Positions 28,232 through 32,000 of a stretch of 32,000 nt of DNA are shown here, piece after piece. The stretch is from contig NZ_JAPRAT010000028.1 of the NCBI RefSeq assembly GCF_026805325.1, forward strand, positions 2,249-34,248. The letters are read 5' to 3'. This DNA is from Natronobacillus azotifigens (GTDB taxonomy: Bacteria > Bacillota > Bacilli > Bacillales > Amphibacillaceae). Every line of letters starts with the position of its first letter. Position 1 is the first letter of the stretch. The translations under genes were made by a program, and so were the position numbers. The notes under the pieces were generated by a model, which saw only the letters and a program-made list of their open reading frames with translations, searched no databases and had not been told where the DNA came from.

Positions 28232-28414
28232 ATAAAGTGAAACTTCAATCAGTGGGGGTTTTTAGGTATTCCCCCACTGATTGTTAGCCCTAAAGGATGA
28301 CCTAAAAGGCCTTTGAACCATTCGGGGTGCTAGCGTCCGTTACTCCCACTTAAACAACTTGTTTTTCTTGTTGTTTTGAAGTGGGAGTCTTACGGACGGT
28401 TGCTCCGGGATAAA
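28232..28414 (-). repeat. intergenic repeat, copy F (full length, best-preserved, 183 nt)
   Basis: Layout on the plus strand:
- ATAAAGTGAAACTT at the left end
- hairpin 1, a perfect 13-bp stem: CAATCAGTGGGGG (28246-28258) / CCCCCACTGATTG (28271-28283)
- a 50-nt linker containing AAAGGCCTTT
- hairpin 2: CGTCCGT-T-ACTCCCACTT-AAACAAC (28334-28358) pairing with GTTGTTT-(TG)-AAGTGGGAGT-(CTT)-ACGGACG (28370-28398), about 24 bp with bulges
- TTGCTCCGGGATAAA at the right end
It lies between the hpf promoter and the DUF4190 gene. Confidence 0.92.
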
Positions 28415-28483
28415 ATGATACTTCATTACTTGATTAGATATCTATTAGGTTATTCAATATTAATGAATATTATTACAAAAGCA

Positions 28484-28492
28484 TGCTATAAT
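28484..28492 (+). promoter_or_regulatory. candidate extended -10 promoter of the DUF4190 gene
   Basis: TGCTATAAT (TGnTATAAT) lies 36 nt upstream of the ATG at 28528. The -35 is weak. Confidence 0.4.
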
Positions 28493-28527
28493 GAAATCAC
28501 ATATTTTAATGAAAAGGTGATTCTAAA

Positions 28528-28812
28528 ATGGAAACGCAACAATATCGACCAGCACCACCAACAAACGGAAAAGCTATTGCTTCAATGGTTATTGGAATCT
28601 TATCAATTATTATTGTATGGTTAGGTGTGGTACTAGGTATTATTGGTATCGTCCTTGCAAATCGTTCATTGAAAGAGATTACTGCCACCGAACAAGGGGG
28701 CAGGGGCATGGCTATTGCAGGTCTAACAACCAGTATTATCGGGACATCGATCCATGGCATTCTTCTTTTCTTTATGTTAATATCATTAATAACTTTTAGG
28801 AGCGCATTCTAA
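28528..28812 (+). CDS. small DUF4190-type membrane protein (94 aa)
   Basis: The SD AAAGGTGA lies 7 nt upstream. The protein has a Pro-rich N-terminus and two TM helices bracketing LANRSLKEITATEQGGRGMAIAGL, the typical DUF4190 layout. The overlapping track ORFs 28376..28624, 28506..28760 and 28617..28799 are judged spurious. Confidence 0.75.
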   Translation: METQQYRPAPPTNGKAIASMVIGILSIIIVWLGVVLGIIGIVLANRSLKEITATEQGGRGMAIAGLTTSIIGTSIHGILLFFMLISLITFRSAF

Positions 28813-28833
28813 GTTTATTACAATGTTTGATGG

Positions 28834-28862
28834 AAAAAACCTGATCAATAGATCAGGTTTTT
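28834..28862. terminator. bidirectional rho-independent terminator (DUF4190 gene / fliT)
   Basis: The sequence is AAAAAACCTGATC aata GATCAGGTTTTT. A 7-bp GC core is extended by A/T pairs, giving a U tract in both directions. The right arm abuts the fliT stop. Confidence 0.8.
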
Positions 28863-29214
28863 ATTTCTTCTTGTCCCAATATGTTCCGTCATTCGTAACT
28901 ACATTAATGTACGGGTTCGTGTATTGTTTATTTAATGTTTTTTGCTTCTTCACAGATCGAATCTCTTGTTTAATGTTTGAAAAAATAGCATTCATTTTTT
29001 CTGTTATTTCTGCATCAATTGGGAGTAGTTCCTTACCTATCGCTTGTTCTTCTTCTGTATATGGAGGCTCTATACTCTCTAATATATGCGCTCGTTTCTC
29101 TAACAATTGATTCATTTCATCCATTTTTTTTTCTCGATCATTTGTAGAAAACGATTCACTCACGCATTCTCTTAGCTCATAGGTAATTGTTTTTAATTGC
29201 TCCATCCGCTCCAT
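28861..29214 (-). CDS. fliT: flagellar export chaperone FliT
   Basis: The track ORF is 28861..29274. I start it at ATG 29214 (MERMEQLKTITYEL...), which overlaps the fliS stop as TAATG. The resulting 117-aa helical protein ends ...YTNPYINVVTNDGTYWDKKK, similar to the B. subtilis FliT C-terminus as I recall it. It occupies the last position of the flaG-fliD-fliS-fliT operon. Confidence 0.75.
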   Translation of the reverse strand: MERMEQLKTITYELRECVSESFSTNDREKKMDEMNQLLEKRAHILESIEPPYTEEEQAIGKELLPIDAEITEKMNAIFSNIKQEIRSVKKQKTLNKQYTNPYINVVTNDGTYWDKKK

Positions 29215-29612
29215 TAAGCTCTCGCACCTTGTCCGTGTTGTTGTTTTCGTGTTTGCCTTAAAACTTCTTTCCAAGTGTCTCGAAATTCTTCAACCATGCC
29301 GTAAGCTTCATCTAGACTTGCAACATCATTTTTAATATTGGCATTCATCAAGGTATGATGAATATAATCATACAATGGCATCATTTGTTTGGATATTTCA
29401 GCTTTAGGATCTAAAGTTACCATTAATTCTTGAATAATTCTTTGCGCTTTTTGTATATTCGTGTTTTTCATTTGAAAATCTTCTGTTTCCATACCTTTTT
29501 TCGCATATTTGATGAATTTCAAACAACCATTATAGAGCATTAACGTCAATTCTCCAGGGGAAGCTGTATTCACTGAATTATTCTTATACGCTTGGTATTG
29601 TTGTTGTGCCAT
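29214..29612 (-). CDS. fliS: flagellin-specific chaperone FliS
   Basis: The 132-aa ORF has the SD AAAGGAGTG 5 nt upstream. Conserved FliS N-terminal block: AYKNNSVNTASPGELTLMLYNGCLKFI. Confidence 0.92.
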   Translation of the reverse strand: MAQQQYQAYKNNSVNTASPGELTLMLYNGCLKFIKYAKKGMETEDFQMKNTNIQKAQRIIQELMVTLDPKAEISKQMMPLYDYIHHTLMNANIKNDVASLDEAYGMVEEFRDTWKEVLRQTRKQQHGQGARA

Positions 29613-29633
29613 TTTGCCACTCCTTTTAAAACA

Positions 29634-31136
29634 TTAAAAACCACCATTAAATTGTTGAAACATATAATTGGATTGATCATTCATTCGTTGGATTGCTTGT
29701 TCCATTCTCGTGAATTGACTCCAGTAACGAGTTTCCACTTGTTGTAATCTCGCTTGAAATGCAGTCATTCGTGTATCAATTTCCTTTAACCTTCTACCTA
29801 ATGAATACTGTTCTAATGTAGAAGTACTTCTACCCGCTTGTTCACGAATCCTCGCTGTGGTACGATCACCCGTATTATCTAACCGATTAATGATACCTCT
29901 TCCTTCACCCTCAACACTATTAGAAAATAATCTTTGCACTGATCTAGCATCATCTTCAAGTGCCTGTCTCAGCTTATCTTCATCGACTTCTAATTTACCA
30001 CCATCCATGTAATTCGAGGTAGTACTAATCCCAATTTGTGATATATGTGTAAAAGCTCCTTCATTTTTAACAACAGAAGACCAATTCTGACGCATCTGAC
30101 TTAAAGCGCTGGTAAGAATAGGATCACTTCGTAACAAGCCACTTTTGGCTTGCTCTTCCCAACGTTCAATTTCCGATTCGCTCATTTCATTTCTTTGCGC
30201 TTCTGTTAATGGTGGATAATCACGGTTACGTGGTTCTGTCAGTTTACCATTCGCTTTTTCTACAATTTCGTTATATTTATTAACAAAATTCATAATATTA
30301 TCCACAGCTTTATCCGTATCATTGGCAATTGTCACAAATGCCGGCGAATCCATTTTATTGGTGAAGTTGAAAGTGATTCCGTTTAACGTAGCAGAATTGG
30401 TTTTTGATGTTAAATCAACTGCATTATTATACCTGAATTTCGCATCTTCTCCACCTGTTTCTTTTTCTAAGTCTAAGTTTAAGAAATCAAAAAAACCGCT
30501 ATCATCTACATCAAAATCAATTTCAGGACCATCAGGATTATAATTTCCAGTACCTGTACGCTCCATAATTACTTTATCAGAATTGGCGTCATAAAAAGCT
30601 CGAACACCATTATTCTGGTTAGTAATTCTTCTTAAAATACTATTTAGAGAATCCCCTTCTTGGATTTCAATTTCATGTGGTGGTTCATCACCATTGTGAT
30701 ATGTTTTGAAGGTAATCTTTTTTTGAAAGTTGACTGGTCCATCTTCTCCAATTATATCTTTTAATGGCGCTGTAGGATCAATTTTGTTTCCCGCACCGGA
30801 GATCCCTTGTTGACTTACATTAATAGCATTCGTTGCCAACTGTGTAACTTCAATACTATAACTCCCTGGTTCTACACTGGAAGTAGCTGTTGCCGTAACT
30901 GCATTCGGTTGTGTAGATGTCGTTGTTTTTGCATTGTATGCACTGCTCAGTCTCATATCATACATTATACTGTCTAGCTCAAGAAACATCGCATTGACAT
31001 CACGATATGCGTCACGTTGCCATTCTAACCTCGTTTTGTCTTGTTCCATCTTATCTAATGGAATGCGTTCTGCTGCCATTAAATCTTCAACAATTCCGTC
31101 AATATCCATTCCCGTTGCTAATCCACCTATCCTCAT
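29634..31136 (-). CDS. fliD: flagellar filament cap protein FliD (hook-associated protein 2)
   Basis: The 500-aa ORF has the SD AAGGAGTG 7 nt upstream. The N-terminus MRIGGLATGMDIDGIVEDLMAAERIPLD and the C-terminal heptad region (RLQQVETRYWSQFTRMEQAIQRMNDQ) are typical of FliD. Confidence 0.93.
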   Translation of the reverse strand: MRIGGLATGMDIDGIVEDLMAAERIPLDKMEQDKTRLEWQRDAYRDVNAMFLELDSIMYDMRLSSAYNAKTTTSTQPNAVTATATSSVEPGSYSIEVTQLATNAINVSQQGISGAGNKIDPTAPLKDIIGEDGPVNFQKKITFKTYHNGDEPPHEIEIQEGDSLNSILRRITNQNNGVRAFYDANSDKVIMERTGTGNYNPDGPEIDFDVDDSGFFDFLNLDLEKETGGEDAKFRYNNAVDLTSKTNSATLNGITFNFTNKMDSPAFVTIANDTDKAVDNIMNFVNKYNEIVEKANGKLTEPRNRDYPPLTEAQRNEMSESEIERWEEQAKSGLLRSDPILTSALSQMRQNWSSVVKNEGAFTHISQIGISTTSNYMDGGKLEVDEDKLRQALEDDARSVQRLFSNSVEGEGRGIINRLDNTGDRTTARIREQAGRSTSTLEQYSLGRRLKEIDTRMTAFQARLQQVETRYWSQFTRMEQAIQRMNDQSNYMFQQFNGGF

Positions 31137-31166
31137 CGTGGTACACTCCTTACTAAATAAATATTT

Positions 31167-31550
31167 CTATATTTTTTCATCAACAATTAATCCCATATAC
31201 TCCGCCATTGCTGCGTACATATCTAGCATTTGCTTTGGAGGAATCTCTCGAATAATTTCCTCAGTAGCTGAATCTACTACCGTAACATAATATTTCTCTA
31301 GTCTATCATGCAATTCAAATTTTATCGAGGTATTTATCGGTTCCAAAAATTCATTTAAACCTTCTACCATGCTTTCTATTTCTGCGCGGTTAATCACTTC
31401 TGGTCGTCTCTCTGTTTCGATTGCGTTTGACTGTTTTGTGTTTGTAATTGTTTGTTGTCTGGATCGTTCGCCTGCAGTTGTTGTAGTTACTTCTAGCTGT
31501 TCTGACTTATGCATAAGCTGGGACCCGGAAAGTAACCTTCCCACATCCAT
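31167..31550 (-). CDS. flaG: FlaG-family flagellar protein (YvyC-like)
   Basis: The 127-aa ORF has the C-terminal FlaG block LNEFLEPINTSIKFELHDRLEKYYVTVVDSATEEIIREIPPKQMLDMYAAMAEYMGLIVDEKI. It lies immediately upstream of fliD. Confidence 0.85.
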   Translation of the reverse strand: MDVGRLLSGSQLMHKSEQLEVTTTTAGERSRQQTITNTKQSNAIETERRPEVINRAEIESMVEGLNEFLEPINTSIKFELHDRLEKYYVTVVDSATEEIIREIPPKQMLDMYAAMAEYMGLIVDEKI

Positions 31551-31588
31551 ACGTAGGCCAACTCCTCTATTTTATATAATTTCTTATT

Positions 31589-31616
31589 ATATCGGCATCC
31601 TTTGACTTTTCTTAAA
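31589..31616 (-). promoter_or_regulatory. SigD-type promoter of flaG-fliD-fliS-fliT
   Basis: The minus strand reads TTTAAG (31616..31611), a 14-nt spacer, then GCCGATAT (31596..31589). The -10 matches the SigD consensus (TAAA-N15-GCCGATAT) perfectly. It lies about 40 nt upstream of the flaG ATG. Confidence 0.75.
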
Positions 31617-31697
31617 TGTTTCTCAACTGTTATAATAGAAATAATAGAAATGCAGTATGAAAACGACAATATGTACCTAGTACTTAACAAAATAAAC

Positions 31698-31734
31698 AAA
31701 GACGCTTTTCACAACAAATCTGAAAAGCGTCTTT
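31698..31734 (-). terminator. rho-independent terminator after the ABC ATPase gene
   Basis: A 13-bp stem AAAGACGCTTTTC / GAAAAGCGTCTTT has an 11-nt loop. On the minus strand GTTTATTTTGTT follows. It starts 5 nt after the stop. Confidence 0.8.
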
Positions 31735-31739
31735 TGCTA

Positions 31740-32000
31740 TTATTTTTCTAATGTTAATTGACCATCTGCTAGCCGATAAATACGATCACAGTATTTCAAC
31801 AGATTTTCATCATGGGTAACCATTACGGCTGCCTTCTCTTTGTCTTTCACTTCTTTTGCAATCAGTTCCACAATCTCGGTACTTCGATCACCATCTAAAT
31901 TTGCTGTTGGTTCGTCTGCTAAAATAATATCTGGTTCATTCATAAATGCACGTGCAATCGCTACCCGCTGTTTCTCCCCACCTGATAGTTGATGCGGGAA
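31740..32000 (-). CDS. ABC transporter ATP-binding protein, C-terminal 86 codons; gene continues past the right edge
   Basis: The reverse frame is open to the window end and reads [47 protein letters not shown]...VTHDENLL.... This covers the ABC signature, Walker B and the H-loop. The substrate cannot be determined. Confidence 0.85.
   Translation of the reverse strand, partial: FPHQLSGGEKQRVAIARAFMNEPDIILADEPTANLDGDRSTEIVELIAKEVKDKEKAAVMVTHDENLLKYCDRIYRLADGQLTLEK

Noticed and set aside
4646-28252. A repeated 20-mer (CTGATTGAAGTTTCACTTTA), with a GTTTCA...-type motif that might suggest CRISPR repeats
   Set aside because: The copies are kilobases apart in separate intergenic regions and occur in both orientations. 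Each sits inside a longer homologous element. There are no regularly spaced repeat-spacer units and no cas genes, so this is not a CRISPR array.
28376-28799. Track ORFs 28376..28624 (+), 28506..28760 (-) and 28617..28799 (+)
   Set aside because: The first starts inside repeat copy F and has no SD. The other two overlap the DUF4190 gene in other frames. The 28528..28812 frame has an SD and a coherent two-TM DUF4190 layout.

Overview
This 32 kb window is a housekeeping block, mostly on the minus strand, from a low-GC Firmicute. Gene order looks Bacillaceae-like; I cannot name the species from sequence alone. From memory it is collinear with the B. subtilis uvrA...flaG region.

Gene order, left to right:
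- uvrA (5' part), uvrB, prfC
- a SWIM-SNF2 helicase on the plus strand
- floT-like flotillin, minJ-like PDZ membrane protein, ctpB-like S41 protease
- a coiled-coil M23 peptidase, ftsX, ftsE, a YitT-family protein
- prfB with its programmed +1 frameshift, secA, a 207-aa membrane-anchored hypothetical
- xylB, xylA, xylR (plus strand), hpf, a DUF4190 small membrane protein (plus strand)
- fliT, fliS, fliD, flaG, and the 3' part of an ABC ATPase

I saw no rRNA, tRNA, CRISPR array, transposase or integrase.

Regulatory sites readable by eye:
- a perfect 14-bp inverted-repeat xyl operator overlapping the xylA -35
- a SigB-type promoter for hpf
- a SigD-type promoter for flaG-fliDST
- an SOS-box-like site at uvrB
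- the prfB recoding site
- about ten stem-loop terminators

The main unexplained signal is one modular intergenic repeat of about 180 nt, present in seven copies in this window. Two are full-length, one is an old diverged full copy, one is internally deleted, and three are single-module copies.
- It has two subterminal hairpins and no terminal inverted repeats.
- Complete copies carry TTTAT at both boundaries.
- In two copies the element's terminal TAA is the stop codon of the adjacent gene (xylA and the ctpB-like gene).
- I cannot assign it to a named family from memory.

I found no multi-gene defence or other novel protein system. The rest of the window looks like ordinary core genome.
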